Below, piece by piece: positions 55,558 to 64,000 of a stretch of 64,000 nt of DNA. A model generated the notes under the pieces. It searched no databases, was not told the origin of the DNA, and saw only the letters and a program-made list of their open reading frames with translations. The translations under genes were made by a program, and so were the position numbers. Position 1 is the stretch's first letter. Each line of letters begins with the position of its first letter. Origin of the DNA: Anaerolineae bacterium (GTDB lineage Bacteria > Chloroflexota > Anaerolineae > UBA4142); assembly GCA_034433515.1 (NCBI GenBank), contig DAOUAL010000065.1, positions 6,688 to 70,687 of the forward strand, given 5' to 3'.

Positions 55558-55739
55558 ACATCATCCTTTCGAATCAAGGTATCCGGCGATGCCGGTCAAT
55601 CGAATCAGCAAATTCTCTGTCTGAAACAAAAAAGCACCTCCCCAAACATTATACGAATTGGTTAGTGCCCTAGTCCTGATCGGTGCAGCTGGTACGATTG
55701 GCTTGGGACATCGTCTCGCGCTCCGTTGAAATAAGTTTC

Positions 55740-55795
55740 ATCAGATAAAACTGTATTTTATCTGATAGTATAGCATAATTGTTTGAGTTTGTCAA
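55740..55795 (-). promoter_or_regulatory. Near-consensus sigma70 promoter plus abutting palindromic operator
   Basis: Minus strand: TTGACA (55795-55790), 17 nt, TATACT (55772-55767), then ATCAGATAAAA-TACAG-TTTTATCTGAT (55766-55740). Confidence 0.65.
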
Positions 55796-56378
55796 GCATT
55801 TTGCGGCTCAAGTCTTGATGTCATTGCGCAAAGCCGCGTTTTGCCGACGAAGCACTCTCATCCTACTTTGAAAGATTGCTTTGCTCCCCACGTGGCCAGT
55901 CGCTCGCAATGACAAGATGGTGCGTCTTAGGCAAGGGTGATGGTGTGAGACGCTTTACTAGATGTGGATAGCAAGGCAATGACGTCGTCGCGCCGACACG
56001 TATGGAGCGAGTCCTTGTCCCTTTTAGGACAAAAGGTTGTCCCTTTCTTCCCTTGCTTTCAATAGTCTTTTCGGACAATAATAAAGTGCTAGTTTTGTCC
56101 ATTTGTTTTGCTCCGGTTCGCCACAATGCCGTGGAGGAATGTTCTCTTGGAGTTCTTTAGCCACGATCCAATTTGGACTCATTACCACACTAGCACTCGA
56201 GCGCGTTGGTAGTCTCTGGCTCGCCGTAACACCTACGCACGCGGGCGTGTTTCGGTGCGTCTCTTTCAATTCATCTAAAAAAGGCAGACGGCTAGTGCCA
56301 AAACAATTTAATCTTGTGGGGTTGGGGAGTACTTGGCAAAGACGCGGTGCGCATCTTCCTTGGCGAACTTCCAACGAA

Positions 56379-57370
56379 ACGTTTGATGTGAAATGACCTC
56401 TGGACATCTCTGCCCAAGCGGCGTAAACGATTACCATCTTAGGCGGGAGGGGTCTCGTGTACATTTCGATCGCAGACTTGATGCTGGTTACCTTTGTGCT
56501 GGTCGATAACTGGTATCAACGCAAAGGCGCACGTTGGCTCGGCCGCACCATCGGGTCAAAGCCGGAATTCAGTGACAGCGAGATGCTGACCTTGATGTTG
56601 GCGATTGACTTTTTCGGGTTACCAGCGAACGGCGTTTTGTGGAATTCGTCCGCGCCAACTATTTGGCCTTGTTTCCCAAGTTACTCGATCAGAGCCAGTA
56701 CAATCGGTGCGCGCGTAGTTTGCGATACTTGCTGGACGCGCTCCGGAAAGAGTGGGCTGCCGAGTTGGGCCTCCAGTTTGAACGACCCTTTCTGCTTGAT
56801 ACGACGCCCGTCATCGCTGTCGGCTCTCGGCGGGACAAGCGCCACAGTAACTTTCGTGGTTCAGCCAACGGCGGCTATTGTGCGGCGCGGCGGCTGAAAT
56901 ACTTTGGCTACAAGTTGGTCATGCTGACGACGCTGGCTGGCACGCCGTATGCGTTTGAACTCGTGCCCGCCAATACTGACGAGCGCGACGCCGCAGACGA
57001 GATTCTGGAGACCCTTCCGCCCGACAGCAATGCTTGGTCGGACAAGGGTTTCATCGGCGAAGAATGGCAAGCCGCCTGGTCTCGGCAAGGGGGCCGCGTC
57101 TGGACGACCAAACGCGAGAATCAAAAGGTTCAGAATCCCCTCGAGTTTGACCGTCTGCTGAACCGCGTCCGCGAGCGCATCGAAGGCGCGTTTGATATTT
57201 TGAAAGAAGGCGGTCGCTTGGTGGAACATACCTTGGCCCACACGGTCGGGGGACTCTACGCGAATTATCGCCAAGATTGCCAGTGTGATCTTCCGCCTAT
57301 TCTTCCGCCGATTCTTCAGCATCGACGTCTTGACCTACACGGTCAGCACGTGACATTTCACATCAAACGT
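56379..57370 (+). mobile_element. IS982-family insertion sequence, transposase inactivated by at least 2 frameshifts
   Basis: Perfect 17-bp terminal IRs ACGTTTGATGTGAAATG (56379-56395) / CATTTCACATCAAACGT (57354-57370). Tnp pieces in 3 frames (FVLVDNWY, LLDTTP, YFGYKL, SDKGF, RERIEGAF, then ARIIAKIASV..IDVLTY). Confidence 0.8.
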
Positions 57371-57408
57371 ATGATACTCCGTAAATCCCCAAGATTTCGG
57401 AGGTCTCC

Positions 57409-58597
57409 ATGAACAAACGCCACATCAAGCATACCAAACCTGTCGATTCTGCACAAGTTCGCTCGGCATTGATCAGTCTCCTCATAGACACCCTCCCATT
57501 GGACTTGAAGGTGCGTGATCTGGATGAAGAGACACGGGGACATTCTGTTGTATGCCTCGTTTCATCAAACGACGATTCAGCCTGTTTGGAACTGAGGGTC
57601 TCCTCGGGTACAACCACGCGCCATCATCTCACCGCTAACTTGGGCGATAGCCCGTGACCTGCGGCGATTGGAACAGCAACTGAATCAAGCGCTGCGCACT
57701 CCACTACCGCGTTCCTTTCGCCGACACTTGATAGTCGTCCGTTATGATGTAGCGCTTGGTCGAACTGTCGTATTACGGCAAACCGCACCGCCACCCGCAA
57801 GAGGTGCGCCGGGGTCCTGCCAAGGCAGGCACGACCTATTTTCATTCGTATGCTACGATTGCCGTCGTCCATGACGATCAACGCGATGAACGCGCCTTGA
57901 CGTTCATCTGGGCCAAAGAATCGCTGACGGCAGTCGTGCTCCGCTGGCTGAAATACGTGCGTTTATTGGGTCTGCAGGTGCGCGGGGTGTATTTGGACAA
58001 GGGTTTCGCACGGGTCGAGCTCTTTCGGCTCTTGCGACGACATTGCATCCCCTATGTCATTCCGGTGCCGCTATGCGGGCAAGGACTCAAAGTGCTCTGC
58101 CAGGGGCGACGCAGCGATCAGCGCCGCTACACCTTCAAGGCGGGCACGGCGGAAGCGTATATCACCGAGATTGTCCTGGTGCGGCGGTATCGTGCCGGGC
58201 GGTGCGGGTGGCATGGTGTAGATGGGTTGGTGTATGCGGGGTCTATCGCATCGAGCGGTGCGACCCTCATCAGGTGCATCAACTCTATAGTTGGCGGTTT
58301 GGCATTGAGAGTGGCTATCGGCAGAGGCACCACGTGCGTGCGCGCACCACGTCGCGTCATCCCGGATTGCACCTCCTCTTCGTTGGGTTGGCGTGGCTAA
58401 TCCTGAATTGCTATATGGCATTCCGCCAAGTCTGGTTGACGATACGGCACGCGGAGCGTGGGCATCGGGTTTACAAGGTCTGGCTGACGTTGCAACGCCT
58501 GGCGCGGCTATTGGTGCGCGTGATTGAGCAGTTATTGGGAACGCCACCGATGCACCAAGTTGCACATAGCAAAATCGAACTTGATCCAATTTCGTGA
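57409..58597 (+). mobile_element. Decayed IS4/ISH3-like DDE transposase gene (fragments in 4 frames)
   Basis: Fragments 57409-57657, 57668-57874, 57756-58400, 58043-58597; KAGTTYFHSYATIAVV, YLDKGF, YSWRFGIESGYR (YREK-type signature); element ends not identified. Confidence 0.65.
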
Positions 58598-58795
58598 TCT
58601 ACTGAGGCTGGATTCTAGCCGACGCAGGTCGGCTTCGGGTAGTGGTCGCAAGCGTTCACGCGGAAAACGCGACCATTCATCGAAATCGAAAGAGCGTGAA
58701 TGCTTGCGATTGCAGTGGTTTTAACCGCCTGTCAAGGGACTTGGCAACAGCCATGCTAGTGAGGTAGGGGTAAACACCAACCGCGCGCGAATAAT

Positions 58796-58824
58796 TTGAC
58801 ACCCTTTTGGGAACAGGGTAGAAT
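58796..58824 (+). promoter_or_regulatory. Sigma70-like promoter for acd-etfBA operon
   Basis: TTGACA (58796-58801), 17 nt, TAGAAT (58819-58824); RBS AGAGGAGG before ATG 58858. Confidence 0.6.
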
Positions 58825-58857
58825 GACATTGACCCCACCCAGAGGAGGCATTCAAAG

Positions 58858-60000
58858 ATGATTGATTTCTCCCTAACCGACGAACAAAAAGCACTCCAAG
58901 AACTTGCACGCGATTTTGCCCAAAAGGAGGTTGCCCCCGTTGCTACGGAACTCGATCGCACCGGCACTTTTCCACACGATCTTCTCCAAAAAGCCCACAA
59001 ACTTGGTCTTTTGAACCTCACCATCGAAGAAGCGTATGGGGGAGGCGGGCAAGGTTGGCTCGAAGCATGCCTGGTGGGGGAAGAATTCGCGGCGGCGTGT
59101 GCCGGCTTTACCACCGCTGCCAATGCGAACGAACTTGCCTTGACCCCTTTGCATCTTGCAGCGACGGACGAACAAAAGCGTAAATTCATTCCCCCAATCG
59201 CCAAGGATGGTGGGTATGCTGCCTTTTGTGTGACGGAACCGGGAGCGGGAAGTGATGTAGTCGCTATGCGGACGCGCGCGGTGAAAAAGGGTGACGAGTA
59301 CATCCTCAATGGCACCAAACATTTCATCACGAATGGTGATGTGGCGCAATTACTGACCGTCTTTGCCGTAACCGACCCGGAGAAAAAGCATCGTGGACTG
59401 TCGCTCTTTGCGGTTCCCGCCGATTTGCCCGGCATCACCCGTCGCCATATGGGCGAAAAAATGGGACATCGCGCGTCGGATACGGCAGAAATTGTTTTCG
59501 AAGAGGTGCACGTCCCGGCAGAGAACCTGATCGGCAAAGAAGGCGAAGGTTTCAAGATCGCGATGGAAACGTTTGACCGGACGCGCATTGGCATCGGCGC
59601 GGCAGGGGTGGGTGTGGCGCGCGCGGCGTTGGAAGCGTCCATCAAATTTGTCAAAGAGCGTCAGCAATTTGGTCAACCGGTCGCCAACTTTCAGGGTTTG
59701 CAATTTATGCTCGCCGATATGGCGATGAAAATTGAAACTGCGCGCTTGGCGGTGTACTATGCGGCGTGGCAAGTGGATCACAAAATGCCGTACGCGTACC
59801 AATCAGCCATTGCCAAAGCGTACGGGTCGGACGTGGCGATGCAAGTCACCACCGATGCCGTGCAGTTGCATGGCGGGTACGGTTATTACGCCGAATACAA
59901 AGTGGAAAAATATATGCGGGATGCCAAGTTGCTCCAGATTTACGAAGGTACGAATCAAATTCAACGCGTCATCATTGCGAGGACGTTGTTGAAAGATTAG
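58858..60000 (+). CDS. Acyl-CoA dehydrogenase (short/medium-chain, butyryl-CoA dehydrogenase-like)
   Basis: FCVTEPGAGSD, G.K.FITNG, QIYEGTNQIQR signatures. Confidence 0.9.
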   Translation: MIDFSLTDEQKALQELARDFAQKEVAPVATELDRTGTFPHDLLQKAHKLGLLNLTIEEAYGGGGQGWLEACLVGEEFAAACAGFTTAANANELALTPLHLAATDEQKRKFIPPIAKDGGYAAFCVTEPGAGSDVVAMRTRAVKKGDEYILNGTKHFITNGDVAQLLTVFAVTDPEKKHRGLSLFAVPADLPGITRRHMGEKMGHRASDTAEIVFEEVHVPAENLIGKEGEGFKIAMETFDRTRIGIGAAGVGVARAALEASIKFVKERQQFGQPVANFQGLQFMLADMAMKIETARLAVYYAAWQVDHKMPYAYQSAIAKAYGSDVAMQVTTDAVQLHGGYGYYAEYKVEKYMRDAKLLQIYEGTNQIQRVIIARTLLKD

Positions 60001-60010
60001 GCGAGGAATT

Positions 60011-60259
60011 ATGAGTCGTGATTTCATTCTGATCTTTAGCGGCGGAATGGTGTCGCTCATCACTACATTGGTGGTGTTGTTTGTCATGGATTATTTTTAT
60101 CGGCGGGAACAACTCAAAGCCGCCAAGCCGGAATCGGTGCATCCCGTCGAAGCGTTGATGACGCCAGCCACACCCTCCGTCGCGACCAAACCTGAACCAT
60201 TGCAACCGCCAGAATCGAAAGTGGTGTTGGTGCAAGAAGAAACACCGACATCGCATTGA
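60011..60259 (+). CDS. Small single-pass membrane protein, unknown function
   Basis: 82 aa; one TM (ILIFSGGMVSLITTLVVLFVM), P/E-rich tail; weak RBS GAGGA; fills the acd-etfB gap. Confidence 0.4.
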   Translation: MSRDFILIFSGGMVSLITTLVVLFVMDYFYRREQLKAAKPESVHPVEALMTPATPSVATKPEPLQPPESKVVLVQEETPTSH

Positions 60260-60281
60260 TCTTGCATAAGGAGAATCGGGA

Positions 60282-61058
60282 ATGAACATTGTGGTGCTCA
60301 TCAAACGTGTGCCCGACACCGAAACGCGTATCCAGTTGAAAGATGGCAAGGTCGTAACCGAAGGCATCTCCTGGATCATCAGCCCGTACGATGAGTACGG
60401 AATCGAAGAAGCGTTGCGGATTGTCGAAAAGCACGGAGGCAAAGTTACGCTTGTGTGTCTGGGACCCGAAGAAGCCAAGGAAACCATTCGCAAAGGGTTG
60501 GCACTGGGCGCAGACGAGGCGATTCACATCAATGACCCGGCATTGCTGAATGGCGATGCCTCAACCACTGCCAAGGTGCTGGCGGCAGCCCTCAAGACGT
60601 TGCAGTACGATTTGGTACTTGCCGGCAAGCAAGCCGTGGATGAAGACAATGCCCAAGTCGCTGTGCGCGTCGCCGAATTGTTGGGCTTGCCGCATGTGAA
60701 TTCGGTCATCAAATTGGAATTTAGCGACGACAAGAAATCGGCAAAATGTTTGCGCGAGGTGGACGGCGATCGCGATTTGGCGGAGACCAGTTTGCCCGCG
60801 ATCATCACCGCGCAACAAGGTTTGAATGAACCACGCTACCCGTCGCTCAAAGGCATTATGGGCGCGAAAAAGAAACCGATCAAGGATGTCAAAGCGGCTG
60901 ATCTGGGACTTGACCCAGCATCGTTGGCATCCAAATTGGAGACGGTGAAACTCGATCCGCCGCCTGCACGACCGCCGGGCAAGATTATCCCGGGTGATCC
61001 AACCACCGCGGCAAAAGAGTTGGTGCGCTTACTTCATGAAGAAGCGAAGGTGATTTAA
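60282..61058 (+). CDS. etfB: Electron transfer flavoprotein beta subunit (copy 2)
   Basis: MNIVVLIKRVPDTE.., NEPRYPSLKGIM; RBS AAGGAGA. Confidence 0.9.
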   Translation: MNIVVLIKRVPDTETRIQLKDGKVVTEGISWIISPYDEYGIEEALRIVEKHGGKVTLVCLGPEEAKETIRKGLALGADEAIHINDPALLNGDASTTAKVLAAALKTLQYDLVLAGKQAVDEDNAQVAVRVAELLGLPHVNSVIKLEFSDDKKSAKCLREVDGDRDLAETSLPAIITAQQGLNEPRYPSLKGIMGAKKKPIKDVKAADLGLDPASLASKLETVKLDPPPARPPGKIIPGDPTTAAKELVRLLHEEAKVI

Positions 61059-61059
61059 G

Positions 61060-62040
61060 ATGAGCAACACTATTCTCATTGTCGCAGAAGAACGCGACGG
61101 CGCTCTGCGCAAAGTTTCGTACGAACTTGTGACTGTCGCCAATGACATTGCCAAAGGATTGGGTGGCGCGGTAGAAGCGGTGGTAATGGGGAACAACGTT
61201 GGCGCGTGTGCGGAATCGCTTGCCAAGACTGGGATTGCCAAAGTGTACCATGCCGATGGTGCCGCGCTGGCGAATTTTGCGCCGGAAGTTTTCTCGACAA
61301 CGCTCGCCAATATCATCACCCAAGCACAACCGGCGCTCGTGTTGACGCCGGCGACCGGCTGGGGCAAGGAATTGGGTGCGCAAGTTGCCGCCAAACTCGA
61401 TTGGGGTTTGGTTACCGATTGCACCGGCTATCAGGTTGAGAATGGCACACTCATCTTCAAGCGGCCGGTGTATGCTGGCAAAGCGATTGCCACTGTCAAA
61501 GCCAAATCGTTGCCGGTGATGGCGAGTATTCGTCCAAACATTTTTCCGCCGGTCGAACCCGGCTCATCTGCCGCGCCCATCGAAAAAATCGAGCCGGCAA
61601 ATGTCGCCGCGCGTTCCAAGGTGATCGAAAAAGTCAAGAAGGAAGCGGCGGTTGTTGATCTCAACGAAGCCAAGATCGTGGTGTCGGGCGGACGCGGCGC
61701 CAAGAGCGCGGAAGGTTTTGTGCCGATTCACGAACTTGCCAAGGTGCTGGGCGCGGCGGTGGGTGCCTCGCGTGCGGCGGTGGATGCGGGCTGGATTGAT
61801 TACAGCACGCAAGTGGGGCAGACCGGAAAGACGGTTGCACCACAGTTGTACATCGCGCTGGGAATTTCGGGCGCCATTCAACACTTGGCAGGGATGTCAT
61901 CGTCCAAGGTAATTGTTGCGGTGAACAAAGACCCGGACGCGCCGATTTTCAAAGTGGCGGATTACGGCATCGTGGCGGATATGTTCGAAGTGTTGCCGGT
62001 TATGACCGAAGAGTTCAAGAAATTGATGGCGCAGAAATAG
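61060..62040 (+). CDS. etfA: Electron transfer flavoprotein alpha subunit (copy 2)
   Basis: GRGAKS.E, LYIALGISGAIQHLAGM, AVNKDPDAPIF. Confidence 0.9.
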   Translation: MSNTILIVAEERDGALRKVSYELVTVANDIAKGLGGAVEAVVMGNNVGACAESLAKTGIAKVYHADGAALANFAPEVFSTTLANIITQAQPALVLTPATGWGKELGAQVAAKLDWGLVTDCTGYQVENGTLIFKRPVYAGKAIATVKAKSLPVMASIRPNIFPPVEPGSSAAPIEKIEPANVAARSKVIEKVKKEAAVVDLNEAKIVVSGGRGAKSAEGFVPIHELAKVLGAAVGASRAAVDAGWIDYSTQVGQTGKTVAPQLYIALGISGAIQHLAGMSSSKVIVAVNKDPDAPIFKVADYGIVADMFEVLPVMTEEFKKLMAQK

Positions 62041-62050
62041 GTCTGGACAT

Positions 62051-62096
62051 ACGCCCGTCTCGGTAGAACACCGGGGCGGGCGTGTGCGTTTATTTG
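62051..62096 (+). terminator. Probable rho-independent terminator after etfA copy 2
   Basis: ACGCCCG...CGGGCGT stem with inner pairing, followed by TTTATTTG. Confidence 0.5.
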
Positions 62097-62111
62097 TAAC
62101 GCTGTTTGAGT

Positions 62112-62642
62112 ATGCCTCTCGATTCACCGTTCGACTGTTTGCACGCACTCTGCATCTTTGAAATCCTGCGCGATTATCATCCTGTTCTTGTCGGTACGTT
62201 TCCTCTTGGCATTGATGTCCCCGGGAGCGACCTTGACCTAATTTGCGAGGTTCACGATTTCACTGAGTTTGAGCAGGTGGTGCGTGCCGCATTCGATCAA
62301 CAGAGCGGTTTTCAGGTTACGTCGGAAATCGTGCGCGGCATTCCATCGTTGATCGTCAATTTCAATTATGCTGGCTTTCCCATTGAGATTTTTGCGCAAC
62401 CCAAACCGGTGACTGAACAATACGCCTATCGTCATCTGTTGGTGGAAGCGCGCTTGTTAGCCATCGGTGGAGCGGCGGCGCGCGCGGCGATTCGGGCGAT
62501 GAAACTGGCTGGCATCAAAACCGAACCGGCATTTGCACAGTATTTCAAACTGGAGGGCGATCCGTACGCGGTACTGGCGCAGTTGTCGTATGTGAGTGAT
62601 GATGAATTGCGTGATATGGTTAGGAATGTCGAAAATAGATAA
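62112..62642 (+). CDS. DUF4269-like (nucleotidyltransferase-fold) protein
   Basis: LVGTFPLGIDVPGSDLDLIC pattern; ATG 62112 (ORF track begins at TTG 62106). Confidence 0.55.
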   Translation: MPLDSPFDCLHALCIFEILRDYHPVLVGTFPLGIDVPGSDLDLICEVHDFTEFEQVVRAAFDQQSGFQVTSEIVRGIPSLIVNFNYAGFPIEIFAQPKPVTEQYAYRHLLVEARLLAIGGAAARAAIRAMKLAGIKTEPAFAQYFKLEGDPYAVLAQLSYVSDDELRDMVRNVENR

Positions 62643-62666
62643 AGACGTTACTCAAGTTTCTATCAT

Positions 62667-63470
62667 CTATTCTCCGCTCTTTAACGCTCGTTCGATTTCC
62701 TCGCGGTACACGCCCCACATTCGCTTCGGCAACAATTTGCCAATTTGCACCATCACCTGTTTTGCCGCTTCGCGGTCGCGTTCGGCACGGGACAATGTGT
62801 TAGGGACATTGAGCATAAACGGCGCACCAAAATTCACGGTCAAATGATTGTCGTCATCTTCAAAACCCCCGACGGGCAAAAAGGGAATTCGATTGTGGCT
62901 CAGCAAAAGGAGGAACAAGCCCGTTCCTTTCGGCGGGTTACACAAGGCAAGATTTTCGCCGGTGTGACCCTCTGGCGCCATCCCCACCAGTTGCGGTGTT
63001 TCACCACGCGTGAGTGCTAGCACACGACGGACCGCAATCGCGCCGGTACCTTTGTATTCGTCAATCACCGGTGGCAACGTCAGAATCCCATACGCCTTGG
63101 CAAGTTGTCCAAATGCCCAACGCGTGAGCGGTTGTTTGATGCGTCGTTGCCAACCCTTGGGATACCACCATTCGCGTACCATCACACCACGGATCTCGCG
63201 CAGATCGGTTCGATGTTGGGCGATAGCAGACACCGCCAGCGCACCGATCCACCACGCACCCAAGCCGGGGCGGTCGTAATGATTCATCACCAAAATAAAA
63301 TTACCGGTGGGGGGAATGTGATGCGCATTCAAGATACGCGGAGGCACCGGGGCATCTCGTATCATCAGCGTGCACGTTCGACTCAACGAGGCGGGACGCC
63401 CCAGCAAGGCGCGCAGAAAGGGCAAGACCATTCGCCATGAATGGCGATAGAGAGGTCGAGGTTGATTCAT
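62667..63470 (-). CDS. PlsC-like acyltransferase family protein (atypical motif I)
   Basis: VMNHYDRPG, MAPEGHTG (block III-like), IPFLPVG; ATG 63470 forms an ATGA overlap with the upstream paralog stop. Confidence 0.65.
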   Translation of the reverse strand: MNQPRPLYRHSWRMVLPFLRALLGRPASLSRTCTLMIRDAPVPPRILNAHHIPPTGNFILVMNHYDRPGLGAWWIGALAVSAIAQHRTDLREIRGVMVREWWYPKGWQRRIKQPLTRWAFGQLAKAYGILTLPPVIDEYKGTGAIAVRRVLALTRGETPQLVGMAPEGHTGENLALCNPPKGTGLFLLLLSHNRIPFLPVGGFEDDDNHLTVNFGAPFMLNVPNTLSRAERDREAAKQVMVQIGKLLPKRMWGVYREEIERALKSGE

Positions 63471-64000
63471 TGGGATATGCCCGTATGTAGCGTTTGTTGA
63501 ATATCTTGGCGATAGACTCCCCACATTCGTTCGGGTAGCAGTTTGCCGATCTGAACCATTACTTGCTGTGTACTTGCAGTATCCCGTGCGAGTTTCGCTA
63601 AGTGGGGTGAGACCTCCAGCGTAAATGGTTTCCCAAAGTTCACGGTGAGCACTTGATCGTCGTCTTCAAAAATTCCGACTGGTAAAAGGGGAATTGTGTT
63701 TCGGGTGAGCAATAATAACATTTGTCCTGTCCCGCGCGGTGGTTGGCACAGTCCTAGATTCTCGCCGGTGTTGCCTTCGGGTGCCACGCCGATCAACTCG
63801 GGTGGATTACGGCGGGTGAGTCCCAAAGCACGGCGCAGCGCAGCGGCTCCTTGCCCACGATACGCATCCGAATCTAATAACGCCGGCGGCAAGCCGATGC
63901 AGTCGTACGTTTTAGCGAACTGTCCAAAGAACCAGCGCGTGAGTGGTTGAATGATCCAATGTCCGATCCCGTGGGCATAATGCCATTCGCGCGCCATCAT
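63467..64000 (-). CDS. PlsC-like acyltransferase family protein, paralog; 5' end outside window
   Basis: Collinear with 62667-63470 product (VAPEGNTG, IPLLPVG, KLLPERMWGVYR); ORF open to right window edge. Confidence 0.65.
   Translation of the reverse strand: MMAREWHYAHGIGHWIIQPLTRWFFGQFAKTYDCIGLPPALLDSDAYRGQGAAALRRALGLTRRNPPELIGVAPEGNTGENLGLCQPPRGTGQMLLLLTRNTIPLLPVGIFEDDDQVLTVNFGKPFTLEVSPHLAKLARDTASTQQVMVQIGKLLPERMWGVYRQDIQQTLHTGISQ

Noticed and set aside
55640-55700. ykkC/guanidine-type riboswitch suggested by a CUAGGG segment in the leader upstream of a creatininase-family operon
   Set aside because: Only the hexamer matches. The remaining conserved ykkC elements (GGUCCGAGAG, ACGGCGGGA, CCCGGGAGA-like segments) are absent.
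55863-56464. Minus-strand ORFs of 87 and 146 aa in the IS-flanking gap
   Set aside because: They have no RBS and no recognisable domains. One runs across the IS982 terminal repeat. They are probably non-coding or debris.
58677-59654. 325-aa minus-strand ORF
   Set aside because: It is antisense to the acyl-CoA dehydrogenase gene. Its product is Ser/Ala/Arg-rich and low in complexity.

Overview
Bacterial window, densely coding: about 70 protein genes, no rRNA, tRNA or CRISPR. Strong GGAGG-type ribosome binding sites, many 4-nt ATGA stop/start overlaps, and lipoproteins with Pro/Thr-rich linkers suggest an anaerobic Chloroflexota-like organism; this is inference only, since no search was possible. 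Contents left to right. (1) 1-9601, plus strand: sugar and sugar-acid cluster with two GH31 hydrolases (one fused to a 7-helix membrane domain), a transaldolase/Fsa-like protein, a fucose/arabinose-isomerase-like protein, a split UxaA-type dehydratase and a LarA-type racemase/epimerase. (2) 9661-31679, minus strand: a redox island with two paralogous HK-RR two-component systems. Each precedes an HdrA-containing operon. The upstream one is hdrCBA-mvhDGA with a hydrogenase protease, two stand-alone CAP-effector-like proteins and an FdhE-like protein. The downstream one is lipoprotein, HdrD-like protein, etfBA, membrane HdrD-like protein and hdrA. (3) 31788-36654: fused GlcD-GlcE FAD oxidase, SnoaL-like protein, tannase/feruloyl esterase and a divergent IclR regulator. 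(4) 37722-55795: about 18 kb in one direction (minus strand) behind one near-consensus promoter and palindromic operator. It encodes cupin, an unknown protein, creatininase-family protein, AOR, MoaD-like protein, nitroreductase, CoA-transferase, ferredoxin, an ABC importer, a reductive-dehalogenase-like gene interrupted by one in-frame TAG, and a GalB/GalC-like meta-cleavage lower pathway. (5) 56379-58597: two adjacent decayed IS elements. (6) 58796-64000: acyl-CoA dehydrogenase with a second etfBA, a DUF4269-like protein and two tandem atypical acyltransferases. Beyond genes, many intergenic spacers and two in-frame sites in a GH31 gene carry arrays of 7-9 nt tandem units that invert midway and so form long hairpins. 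Both sensor kinases conserve a CXXCH haem-c motif in their extracytoplasmic domain. All functional calls rest on motif recognition by eye; no database search was run.
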